Below, piece after piece: positions 30,006 through 41,400 of a stretch of 64,000 nucleotides of DNA. Each line of letters starts with the position of its first letter. Position 1 is the first letter of the stretch. The notes below the pieces were generated by a model. That model ran no database searches. It was not told where the DNA came from and was given only the letters and a program-made list of their open reading frames with translations. The stretch covers positions 124,001 through 188,000 of the forward strand of contig NIVC01000464.1 of the NCBI GenBank assembly GCA_002269645.1, given 5' to 3'. This DNA comes from Macrostomum lignano (taxonomy: Eukaryota). Position numbers and translations under genes: made by a program.

Positions 30006-30269
30006 ATATTAAAATCAAAGCCATATACATAGAGTACTACACTACACCCCTATTGGAATAAATGTTGAAAACCCATGGACATGCACTTTAGAATAGTCAA
30101 ATTATTGTACTATGCTTTAGCATTATTAGAGATGTTCTAAAGGAGCATTTTCTATTGAAATTGAAATTTGATAACTTTCCAAAATCAAAATTGATATTTT
30201 CTGCCTTTCTGTAATCAAAATTTAGAAAAACAAACTTTAGTACAATTGAAACTTGGCGCACCAAGGGAG

Positions 30270-30822
30270 CCGACAAGATGGTGATCATCGCATGCTACAA
30301 CAGCTTTGGCATTATTCTCATCCACTGCATTCCTGAGGGCCAAAACATCAACCAACAATACTACCAGAGCTTCATTATTCACCATCTTTGGCCTGCCTTA
30401 TGCAAAAAGTGGCCACAGACCCTGGAACTTGGTCCACTCCTTCTGTACGACAATGCCAGTTTGCACACAGCCTGCATTGTGCAGGACCTACTGCGGGACT
30501 ACCAGTGGGAGGTGCTGCCTCATCCTCCTTACTCCCTAGACCTCAGTCCCTACAATTTTGACCTTTTTCCGAAGCTTAAGAACCAGCTCCGAGGGCATCA
30601 TTTCCATTGCCTGGATGACCTGTTCAGCAAGGTCGGCCATATTGCAAAAGACCTATGCGAATCCAGCGCTGCTGATAGCGTTCAGAAGTTGCCTGGCTGC
30701 TAAGAGCGCACAATTCAAGTCAATAGAAGTTATTTTGAAGGTTTTTGACATGTTCATTGTTCTGACACTCGTTTGTTGAAAATTAGTAGGTGTTTGCTGA
30801 AACTTTTGGGATGACCCTTGTA
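30270..30822 (+). mobile_element. 3' half of a second mariner transposase (catalytic domain) with right TIR
   Basis: ORF 30278-30703: LLYDNASLHTA...WEVLPHPPYSLDLSPYNFDLFPKLKNQLRG is the mariner DD34D C-terminal signature (last Asp replaced by Asn). Ends GAAACTTTTGGGATGACCCTTGTA. Confidence 0.85.
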
Positions 30823-31627
30823 TATGTAACAGAAATTAGTTTATTTTTGCCACTTTTTAGACACGACAAAATTTTGACTTTTAAATATTTTGAAATTGTA
30901 ATTCACTCATAAAAGTTCCAAATTTAAGAAAATCAGAATCAAAATCTTAGAACATCTCTAAGCATTATAAATGACAAGTGTATACGCCTTTCCACAGAGG
31001 TATTATTAGGCGCTTTCCATGTATGTTTGTTTGCTAGAGCAGCTGCCAGAAGGAAGAGGCAATGTTTTATAACTTTTTCCTATAGAGCACTATACAAACA
31101 TTAAAGAATAATAAAAAAGATTTCTAGAATTCTGAGACTAGGATTTTAGAAAAAAAACTAGAGCATTATGGACAAGCATACAAACAAACAAACCTTAGAC
31201 TTAAAGATTTAGTATATTTAGATTATAGAAAAACTGATAAAAAGTTGCCTATACTAGGCCTATAAAATTTAAGTGCCTAAAACTTTCATTAAGGGAAAAC
31301 CTGCATGAAAAATTTGTTCCATTTTCTATTACAAAACCACTGAAAAGATTATATCTTTGATCATTGAAATAGTTTGCTATAGGCCTAGTAATGCAATATT
31401 AATTTAAATATTGTACACTTTAACTTTAAGTAGGGCCTAGGCCTAATTAATACATTTTAAAGCATGAATGTGATTAAATCTAATTTTATCTTAATTTAGA
31501 GGGCCTAGCCTGGGTTTTTTGTGAGAAACAAATGCAAAATTGTACCTTGAATGTCATTTCAAGGTGCAACTTTAAGGCTCAGAGTGCACTTTCTCTGATT
31601 TTAGAAAATTAGGAATAGGGCCTAGAA

Positions 31628-31923
31628 TGGCAATGGCTAGAGTTCCGGCACCGGAACCCATTTTCTAATGGCTACGGATCCGGTAGTGCCATTATAATAT
31701 AGATGGAACATTATATTTTTCTTTCTATAGGTGGCTGATATTGAGATTTTGTTCTAGATTAAAATTTAAGATGATATGATAAGATTTGGGATGAGATGCT
31801 TCTAATATTCAGACTTCTTAAGATATGTTCTTACCAGTCTTTATATGCTTCTATACGGCACTGCCGGATCCCTAGCTGTTAGAAAATGGGTTCCGGTGCC
31901 GGAACTCTAGCCATCCATTGCCA
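31628..31923. mobile_element. MITE with long terminal inverted repeats
   Basis: TGGCTAGAGTTCCGGCACCGGAACCCATTTTCTAA at left and its exact reverse complement TTAGAAAATGGGTTCCGGTGCCGGAACTCTAGCCA at right, continued inward by GGATCCGGTAGTGCC and GGCACTGCCGGATCC. Confidence 0.75.
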
Positions 31924-33368
31924 CCTAGAATAGGCCTATAGGCATGTCTTTTCTTATGTTTAGACTCAGAGAATGCTTTGACTTCTTGGCTTGTGTTTTT
32001 TTGATTGAATGCAAATGAGGCTTTAAAAAAAGAAAAATTAGAATAGGTTGTGAGACTAGTCCTATGGCTACACTTAAACTACACCCAAACCCAATTTAGG
32101 CCTAATTTAAGCCTTAGGTAGGCACTTCAGTGAGAAAATTAAATTTCAGAAATTGTTATAGGCTGCTATTTCACTAGATAGATCTTACTTTCCCATTTCC
32201 AAAATGGCCAAACTTTAGTGATTTGGTTGAGTAATAATAAGGAAACTACAGCTATTTTAGTAACCCCGATTTGTGCCTTTAGCCAATGGAATTTTTACAT
32301 TACGGTTTGTGATCATTTTTGGCCAAAAAGTTGGCTTTTTGTCTTTGAACACTTGTAATTAATTTTCTAGCCAACCAAAATGACTGTGCTTGGTGTCATT
32401 TTGTTCAGTTTTTTAGTGTTAATTGTATGAATTATATATTTTAATATTATTTTATATGCCCAAGTTGCTAAGCTAATTGAAACAGGATGGGTGTATGAAA
32501 TTTTGACTATTTTAACCAGATACGCAATGATTGCAATTTTAAAAATACAATAGCATCTGTTCTGCTTGCTTAATTTATACAAGGCTAGTGTCATTTTGTT
32601 CAGGTTTTTACCTACTATAATACTATTCTACTTCTTGCCATTGGCACGCACTTCTTATAACTCACTGAAGTCCCTACCTTAGGGTATAATTTCAAAATTC
32701 AAGGTGCATATACACACTTTGACTAGACTAGGCTTATATAATAGTATTATAGTTTACTTTAACTTCCTAAATGTCATGGATTCTTGCCTTAGGCTTAATA
32801 CATGGCTGAGAACAATAGCACCGGCTATACATTACTAATACTAGATTCACACTGCATGTATTGGGTAGTAGTAGTAGTAGTAAGTTAACACGTCTAGTTT
32901 TGCCAATCAATTAAAGAATTCAGACAAGACTATGATGAAGTACGCGCTATCTATCGTGCATATGCTGCTTATGGCCGTCTACAATTCCAAATAATTAATT
33001 ATTCTTTAATAAAGAACCGCAAAAGGTATGCATTCAAAGAGTGCGCGAGCCGCGAAGATTATTTTAGCTCGTACTCGTATAACGACAATTTTATTGCAAT
33101 CAAATCAGGCAAGGAACTGATGAAGGGTCGAAGTTCATAATGTTTACATACATGTAGATAAAAATATTTTGCTTGGATTTTGAATTAGATCAGATTAAAT
33201 TTTAACTCTAAAGTTTCTAGATGCATGGCAACAAAGTCTATGCAAAAATAAATATTCGCCAACGCGCTGATGCGCTTCTCGTGGGTTCTAATGCGTAACG
33301 TAAATGTAACAGATGGATACTGTGTAAGCACATGTACGTACTTGTGCACATGACATCCACATGCAACC

Positions 33369-34310
33369 TCAGCTGTCAAGATAGACTTCGGCCCGGATGA
33401 CATGCCCGGCAAGCTGCAGACGTCGCTTGCTCAGCAGGACAGAAGGCCGCGTCAGGTGCGCTCTCGCTGGTACGGGGAGTCGGTCATCTTGCTGCCAGGG
33501 CCGCGGCGGGCGCCGAACGCGGCACGAATCAGAGCCGTATGCGCCACATCGAGCTGCCTCTCGAGCGCCCAGTACAGGGTCGAGGGCGGTCTCGACAACA
33601 GCCTGGAACAGCTGCCATTGGAACCTAAAGCTGTCCAATAGAGCCTCTGAAAGCAGCTCCGCCCACAGATCGAAAGGCGGCCCAGGCCTTGCCGGCCGCG
33701 CCGTCTCCCAGGTCGTCGCTCACATCCGTCACCAGCCCGCTAAAGTAGAGGGGCTGACGGCACTTGGTGCACCGTCCCAGGGCCATCGTGCCGTCTCTGA
33801 GTCTTATCTTGGCGGGTAGATCGTGGGGAACTGTCAGCACCTCGGTATTTTTGGCGTTGATGACGAGGCCGACCCTTGCAGCCGCCACAATCAGGCCATC
33901 CAGCAGCCGTTGGGGCGCCTTCGGCCGTCGTAGACAGCATGCAGGGCGAGGTCGTCCGAGCTAGTAGCCGAGGAGGAACAGCCTCTTCTCCGGGTGTCGC
34001 CGACTGGTGTCGCCTTTGCAGTAGAAGGCCGTTCTCTGCTGTCGGCAGGCCGCCGCCTCCTGAGCACACAGTCCATCAGCAAAACAAAGAGGAGAAGGGC
34101 GCCAGAGTGTCACGGCCTGCAGCACTCCGGAGGTCGTGCTGAACAGGTCCGACGGTCCGTCGGCGTCGCTACCGCAGCGGTCGTGTCCTGGTACAGCGCC
34201 ATGTTTGCGAAGATCAGCTACTGCGGTACGGAGCACGTGAGGGAGCGCACCGCGGGCCACCGAGTCGAAAGCCTTGAGGAAGTCGACAAAGATTGATGAA
34301 ACTGTTTGAT
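33369..34310 (-). pseudogene. Decayed non-LTR (RTE-like) reverse transcriptase fragment
   Basis: Frameshifted pieces FVDFLKAFDSVARGALPHVL, DLFSTTSGVLQ, GLVINAKNTEVL, AWAAFRSV, RRLQLAGHVIRAE, typical of RTE-clade RT and its C-terminus. Confidence 0.7.
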
Positions 34311-35046
34311 GAAACGCAATGAAAATGCATAACTTTTTTCTTGGCGCCATGCAAGTCTCAGCTGCCCCAACAGAATATGATTGGATCATACCCATGCAGA
34401 ACACGTGCATGCAGTACATATACATGTACATATGTGTACATGTAATTATAAAGTACAAATAGATTTTACAAACGGAAACTGTAGATCTTTAATTTTAAAG
34501 GGCTTCAAAATAGCTAAGGCATTATAATTAGGTTCCCGTAAGAAATGAAATACATTATACTCGCGTGTATTTTAGCTTGTTACACGTACACTGTTAAAGT
34601 AAAAATAAATTGTAGTAACATCCATCTCCTTGGCTTGGACGCTGAGTTAAAGATTGTTTAGGCAGAATAATACATTTATGTATTTATAAAAGAAAAACTT
34701 TCAATATACTCGTTTGCTAACAAAAACTAGCAACAAAAATAGCACAAATAATTAACATACACTTAAAAATAGTTTAGCTTAATTTTACACAGAGAAGAAA
34801 GAGTCTTTTGACGACATGCTGACTGAGAAGTGAACGGGTTATTTAAAGTCTTCGATTAGCTAATGGTATTTACTGTTTGCTAGTAATGAGGCTGGTCCAA
34901 AAGGCCCGATTAAATAGCCGTCAGCCAACCATATTGTAATAATTTCCTTTAACTTAATGGCTAACAAACTTCAACAGCAGTTTTTTTTGCTAAATTCATT
35001 CTTGACCATACTTAGTCCGGATCCTGACAGTAACTTATTAGAATGT

Positions 35047-36719
35047 TCACGCGGTTTGTTTGTCAATACCAAGATAAGCTTTCGCTCCACCAGCGAGACC
35101 CGTTCTGTCGGGATCAATTGTTTGAGCTGTCGGATCACTTTTTCCGGATTTGGATAGAGCAATGCCAGCAGCTCCAGTAGCGGCCAAGCCGGTTGTGGCA
35201 GCGCCAGCACCTATGAAGCCGATTTTCTTTTTGTGTGGACCGATAGCCCCGCCCGCTCTTTTAAAGAAGCCTCCGCTCTTTTTGCAGGGCAGAAACGGAT
35301 TCTGGCAGCCGGGATTATCCAAGTCGGCGGACTTTTTTGATTTCCCCTTTTGAGCCGCACCGGCCTTTTTACCCACGGATTTCACCAGGCCGCCCTCGTT
35401 GCAGGGAAAAAAGGGATTTTTACACCCGGGATTATCCATGTCGGTAACGCTGGACTTCCTGTTTGCGTTGCCCGGCGCGTCGCCGGCTTTCTTAGCAGAT
35501 TTCAGCTTAAAAAACGATTTCGCTCGCGATTTCACTGCAAACAAGGATTGAATAAATTATAGCAATCACAGCTACTCTCACCAACCACAGCTGCTCTCAC
35601 CAATCACAGCCTGCTCTCACCAATCACAGCCTGCTCTCACCAATCACAGCTGCTCTCACCAATCACAGCTTCTCTCACCAATCACAGCTGCTCTCACCAA
35701 TCACAGCTGCTCTCACCAATCACAGCTGCTCTCACCAATCACAGCCTGCTCTCACCAATCACAGCCTGCTCTCACCAATCACAGCTGCTCTCACCAATCA
35801 CAGCTTCTCTCACCAATCACAGCTGCTCTCACCAATCACAGCCTGCTCTCACCAATCACAGCTGCTCTCACCAATCACAGCTGCTCTCACCAATCACAAC
35901 TGCTCTCACCAATCACAGCTTCTCTCACCAATCACAGCCTGCTCTCACCAATCACAGCTGCTCTCACCAATCACAGCCTGCTCTCACCAATCACAGCTGC
36001 TCTCACCAATCACAGCTTCTCTCACCAATCACAGCCTGCTCTCACCAATCACAGCTGCTCTCACCAATCACAGCTGCTCTCACCAATCACAGCTTCTCTC
36101 ACCAATCACAGCTGCTCTCACCAATCACAGCTTCTCTCACCAATCACAGCTGCTCTCACCAATCACAGCTGCTCTCACCAATCACAGCTGCTCTCACCAA
36201 TCACAGCCTGCTCTCACCAATCACAGCTGCTCTCACCAATCACAGCTTCTCTCACCAATCACAGCCTGCTCTCACCAATCACAGCCTGCTCTCACCAATC
36301 ACAGCTGCTCTCACCAATCACAGCTTCTCTCACCAATCACAGCTTCTCTCACCAATCACAGCTGCTCTCACCAATCACAGCTTCTCTCACCAATCACAGC
36401 TTCTCTCACCAATCACAGCCTGCTCTCACCAATCACAGCTGCTCTCACCAATCACAGCTTCTCTCACCAATCACAGCTTCTCTCACCAATCACAGCCTGC
36501 TCTCACCAATCACAGCTTCCCTCGACTTCACTTCCTACTAATAAAATTATTGAATTTCTCAGACATTCAATGTGCAAATTAATAATAAAGCATTATTTCC
36601 ATAAACTCGATAAACTCACATGATTTTACTGCTTTCGGGCAGCATTGGCCGCCGCTTGGAAACTGGCTGACAATCGTGAGCAGAATAAAGTAAATTGCTA
36701 TAAAGCTTTGAGTTCGCAT
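35047..36719 (-). CDS. Secreted cationic protein A (~195 aa), unknown family, with duplicated DNPGCxNPFxPC motif
   Basis: Exon 1 36719-36620 (MRTQSFIAIYFILLTIVSQFPSGGQCCPKAVKS, signal peptide), donor T|GTGAGT. Exon 2 35534-35047 after TTGCAG, phase 1, in frame with the 165-aa ORF of the track. Confidence 0.8.
35570..36520. repeat. 19/20 bp minisatellite (CCAATCACAGCTGCTCTCA), intron of gene A
   Basis: About 48 units. Confidence 0.95.
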
Positions 36720-37139
36720 GAGAAGTCTGCCTGAGCATTTACTGGAGCTTGTACATGAAGAAATTTGTGTGGGTCTGTTGTTTTAGTTGGAAAATCAATA
36801 TTATTTCAATATTGGCCTTCGCTAGCTTGCTTGGTTATTTGGGGCAATCAGATTTTTTTCTATATCCAGAATTACTATTCAATACATATAATTAATTCAG
36901 ACCATAGATACAATTACTCTCTATCGATTGATGTAGATACTATTTTTGTAACTTGAAGATTATTTAAACAAATAAATACATAAATAGTTTACTGCTCGGC
37001 TATGACGGAAGAATCCCATGGGTTTAATTCAAGGTGAAGACGAAAGAGGTGATAGATTCCACACGCGACCTGCGAATTGCCTTTCCATCTGGCCCTCAAG
37101 TCCTTTGTAACTTCACAATAGCAATCATCTGGCCTACCT

Positions 37140-38100
37140 CCGCTCTCTACTCTCTCGTCTCATCTCCTCTCTCTCCTCTCTTTTCTTTCCTTTCATCTCT
37201 CATCTCTTCTTTCCTCTCATCTCTTCTTTCATCTCATTTCTTTCTTCATCTCTCCTCTCATCTATCATCTCATCTCTTCTTTTCTTTCATCTCTCATTTC
37301 TCATCTTATCTATCCTCTTATCTCTTCTTTCCTCTCATCTCTCATCTCATTTATCCTCTTATCTCTTCTTTCCTCTCATCTCTCATCCCTCATCTCATCT
37401 ATCCTCTCATCTCTTCTTTCATCTCTCATCTCTTCTTTCATCTCATCCCTTCTTTCATCTCTCCTCTCATCTATCATCTCATCTCTTCTTTCATCTCATC
37501 CCTTCTTTCATCTCTCCTCTCATCTATCATCTCATCTCTTCTTTCATCTCATCCCTTCTTTCATCTCTCCTCTCATCTATCATCTCATCTCTTCTTTCAT
37601 CTCATCCCTTCTTTCATCTCTCCTCTCATCTATCATCTCATCTCTTCTTTCATCTCATCTCTTCTTTCATCTCTCCTCTCATTTATCCTCTCATCTCTTC
37701 TTTCCTTTCATCTCTCATCTCTCATCTCTCATCTCATCTATCCTCTTATCTCTTCTTCCTCTCATCTCTCATCCTTCATCTCATCTATCCTCTTATCTTA
37801 TCTTTCCTCTCATCTCTTCTTTCATCCCTCAACTCTTCTTTCATCTCTCATCTCTTCTTTCCTCATCTCCTCTTTCATCTCATTTCTTCTTTCATCTCTC
37901 CTCTCATCTATCATATCATCTCTTCTTTCCTTTCATCTCTCATCTCATTTATCCTCTCATCCCCTCTTTCCTTTCATCTCTCATATTATCTATCCTCTTA
38001 TCTCCGCTTTCCTTTCATATTTGATCTCATCTATACTCTTATCTCCTCTTTCCTTTAATCTCTCATCTCATCTATCCTCTTATCTTCTCCTTCCTCTTCT
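37140..38100. repeat. Pyrimidine-rich low-complexity (TCATC/TCT) tract between divergent genes A and B
   Basis: Direct reading. Confidence 0.9.
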
Positions 38101-38427
38101 AAATCTAAGATTCTAATGTCAGGCTGTTTTGATGACGCTGTAGGCTTTTTACAATAAATAATTTGACATAGGCTGTGTCAAAACACAATTTTAACAAGCC
38201 CACCTACTCTCAGTTTCTCCTGTTTGCTTCTGATCGCATTTTAGATGAGCGGCGTCTTTCTTAAGATGCCAATTTAAAATTGTCTATGGCAATTTATTGT
38301 CAAACCAACGAAATTTATTTATTGCCAACAAAAATTTTTCGTAATCTTCGTAGAAATATCGGTTTAATCTGTTCTTCAACAGCCCTACAGGAGTGTCTGT
38401 TTAAAAAATAACTTAACTGCAACCTAA

Positions 38428-40099
38428 ATGGGATGCATAAGATTAGCATTGCTATTTAGCATTGTGCTGGTGATCCTCATCGAACCTGGTGAAGGCTGTG
38501 TCAAGAAATTGAAGGCTTTGAAAGGTGGTAAGTAGTCAGTCTTGCAGTTGGCAATGAAATTGGTAAAACTTGAGACTGTTCGAATTCATACGGCCTTTTT
38601 TAACACGCTCGTACTGAGATCAACGCGGGAGGGAGCTGTCGTGCGATTCGGGCACAGAAAGTGTACATGCCTGATGATTAGACAGTCAAAGGGCCGCTGT
38701 ACACCCAAGGACAACTTAAGTAGAAGAACGCAACACTCGAAATCTAATGGTAAATATTTTGACGGCAACTTTTCGCCGAAAAATACACTACAGAGATAAG
38801 AGGATTTAATCTTTGTAGCACAAAAATTGTTATTGCTTTTGATAGGAGGCAGATCCAGTGTTCATATTTTGATATGTTGTGCCTTTTTTTATTGCTCTAT
38901 CGATATTCATAAAGCTTTTCGTCCAGAAATAGTTTTAAAGGAAGGTTTCACCGGAAAAATACATTAAGGAGATAGGAAATTTCACGATTTTCAACACTAA
39001 AACAGTGATTGGGTCTCTTAACAGTGTCAGAGAAAGTTCTAATCACACTATTTTGTGCCTCACATGCTGCTCTCACGACGCATTAATCGATTTTTCATGT
39101 TAAATTGGTCTGTCACTTGAAAAAAACGTTTAAAATAATTACAAGACCAATATAAAGGCGAAAAGTTGCCTTCAAAACATTTACCAATAGATTTCGAGTG
39201 AGGCGCGCTTGTGTACACCCTGTGTGAGGCGCGCTTGTGTACACCCTGTGTGAGGCGCGCTTGTGTACACCCTGTGTGAGGCGCGCTTGTTTACACCCTG
39301 AGTGAGGCGCGCTTGTGTACACCCTGTGTGAGGCGCGCTTGTGTACACCCTGTGTGAGGCGCGCTTGTGTACACCCTGTGTGAGGCGCGCTTGTGTACAC
39401 CCTGTGTGAGGCGCGCTTGTGTACACCCTGTGTGAGGCGCGCTTGTGTACACCCTGTGTGAGGCGCGCTTGTGTACACCCTGTGTGAGGCGCGCTTCTGT
39501 ACACCCTGTGTGAGGCGCGCTTGTGTACACCCTGTGTGAGGCGCGCTTGTGTACACCCTGTGTGAGGCGCGCTTGTGTACACCCTGTGTGAGGCGCGCTT
39601 GTGTACACCCTGTGTGAGGCGCGCTTCTGTACACCCTGTGTGAGGCGCGCTTGTGTACACCCTGTGTGAGGCGCGCTTCTGTACACCCTGTGTGAGGCGC
39701 GCTTGTGTACACCCTGTGTGAGGCGCGCTTGCATGCAGAATCGCCTCAGCGCTGCGGCTGTGGGAAGATGTCGCCGAAGCGTATCCCAATTATTATTGCT
39801 ATTATTTTCTAAATGCCACTGGGCATTCATTCATTTCATTCTAACAAAACTTCGCGCCCCCAGCTTTCAAGAGAGTCGGCAAGGTGTTCAAAATAGCCAG
39901 ACGCCCAAAAGCCGCCAAAGTCATTGCGAATTCTGCGGACGACGTTGGCAAGGTGGCCAAGAAGTCCAAGAGCTTCAGCACGGCGCGCTCGCTCCTCATT
40001 GGTGGCACGGTTGGAGGTGCGGCACTGGGGGGCGCCGTGTACGTGGGGGAAAAAGAGAAGAAAAAAGGCATGAGCAGCGGTTCGTACGTCACCCACTAA
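38428..40099 (+). CDS. Secreted cationic peptide B (~111 aa), amphipathic helix plus glycine-zipper segment
   Basis: Exon 1 38428-38527 (MGCIRLALLFSIVLVILIEPGEGCVKKLKALKG), donor G|GTAAGT. Exon 2 39864-40099 after CCCCCAG: AFKRVGKVFKIARRPKAAKVIANSADDVGKVAKKSKSFSTARSLLIGGTVGGAALGGAVYVGEKEKKKGMSSGSYVTH-stop. Confidence 0.85.
39197..39730. repeat. 26 bp minisatellite (GAGGCGCGCTTGTGTACACCCTGTGT), intron of gene B
   Basis: About 20 near-perfect units. Confidence 0.95.
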
Positions 40100-40609
40100 G
40101 AGACCCTGCACAGCCATGCATGAGGAAATAATGTGTACTTTGCGGTATTCTTATACTCGAAATACTCGTTGCGTATTCAATTGTTAAGTATATAGCCAAT
40201 TTACCAAAAATTTTTCTTTTAAAATTTAATTGTAAATCAGCACAGTTTCTTTTAAATTAGATCCAGATCTACGTAGTTTGCCAAAATTGCACTTTGAGCA
40301 GTTGAAACGTGTTTTTGTAAATTTTGTTTTACTGGATGTTATTTTTACCGGTATGCCATGGGCAGAGGACTCGTGACTTTAGTTTTAACATATAATATAA
40401 ATAAAGCTTCTTAGACAGTTTCAGTTGTGCTTCACAGATTATATCTCATATATTCTTATAGTGACTATGTACTCAATTCTTTTAAGCTTGCACAGTAGTC
40501 TTCTAACTTAAGTTTCGTTTTTATTTGGTTCTCCACTTATGGCTCTGCACTCGAGGACCTCGCTGCCACGCCTGTCTACCATCCTGCGACTTTAATTGGC
40601 GGGTCGCGT

Positions 40610-40985
40610 AATCACCCACCTTGGTAATCACCCACCTTGGTAATCACCCACCTTGGTAATCACCCTACTTGGTAATCACCCACCTTGGTAATCACCCACC
40701 TTGGTAATCACCCACCTTGGTAATCACCCACCTTGGTAATCACCCACCTTGGTAATCGTCCACCTTGGTAATCATCCACCTTGGTAACCACCCACCTTGG
40801 TAATCACCCACCTTGGTAATCACCCACCTTGGTAATCACCCTACTTGGTAATCACCCACCTTGGTAATCACCCACCTTGGTAATCACCCACCTTGGTAAT
40901 CACCCACCTTGGTAATCACCCACCTTGGTAATCGTCCACCTTGGTAATCATCCACCTTGGTAACCACCCACCCATCACCATCCGC
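40610..40985. repeat. 16 bp minisatellite (TTGGTAATCACCCACC) between genes B and C
   Basis: Direct reading. Confidence 0.93.
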
Positions 40986-41400
40986 CTTGGTGATCAGAAT
41001 AAAATAAACCACAGCGTAATAATGTCATTTATTCGAATATAAACATTTAAATGCATTGCAAAGGTGGTCTTTGCTTAAGTTTTACTTAATTCTATCTCGA
41101 ACAAAACTGCAAGACGACTAATTAAAATTATACTGGTGCAGTGAATAAGAGCTGATTGTTTGCTGCAGTATTTTGTTACTTTTTTAATAAAGGGACTTTT
41201 TTATTATTATTCGGCAGTCAGATCATGTCTATGGTAATCTACTATCAACCGAAATGCTTGAAAATCGCTAAAAATTTGATTGCCGAAAAAAGCAACTTGA
41301 GCCTCGATGCATCACCTGCCGGTTGTAGTTGACATCTTGGTAGAAATATCACTTCAATAGAGCAGTCATACAAGAGAGTAGAGAATAACTGGGACCTATA

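Noticed and set aside
35047-35544. Gene A starting at the TTG given by the ORF track
   Set aside because: That TTG lies in the polypyrimidine tract and acceptor; an upstream ATG exon encoding a signal peptide splices in frame.
37034-38116. 360-aa Ser/Leu/Phe-rich ORF resembling a membrane protein
   Set aside because: Translation of a pyrimidine-rich low-complexity tract.
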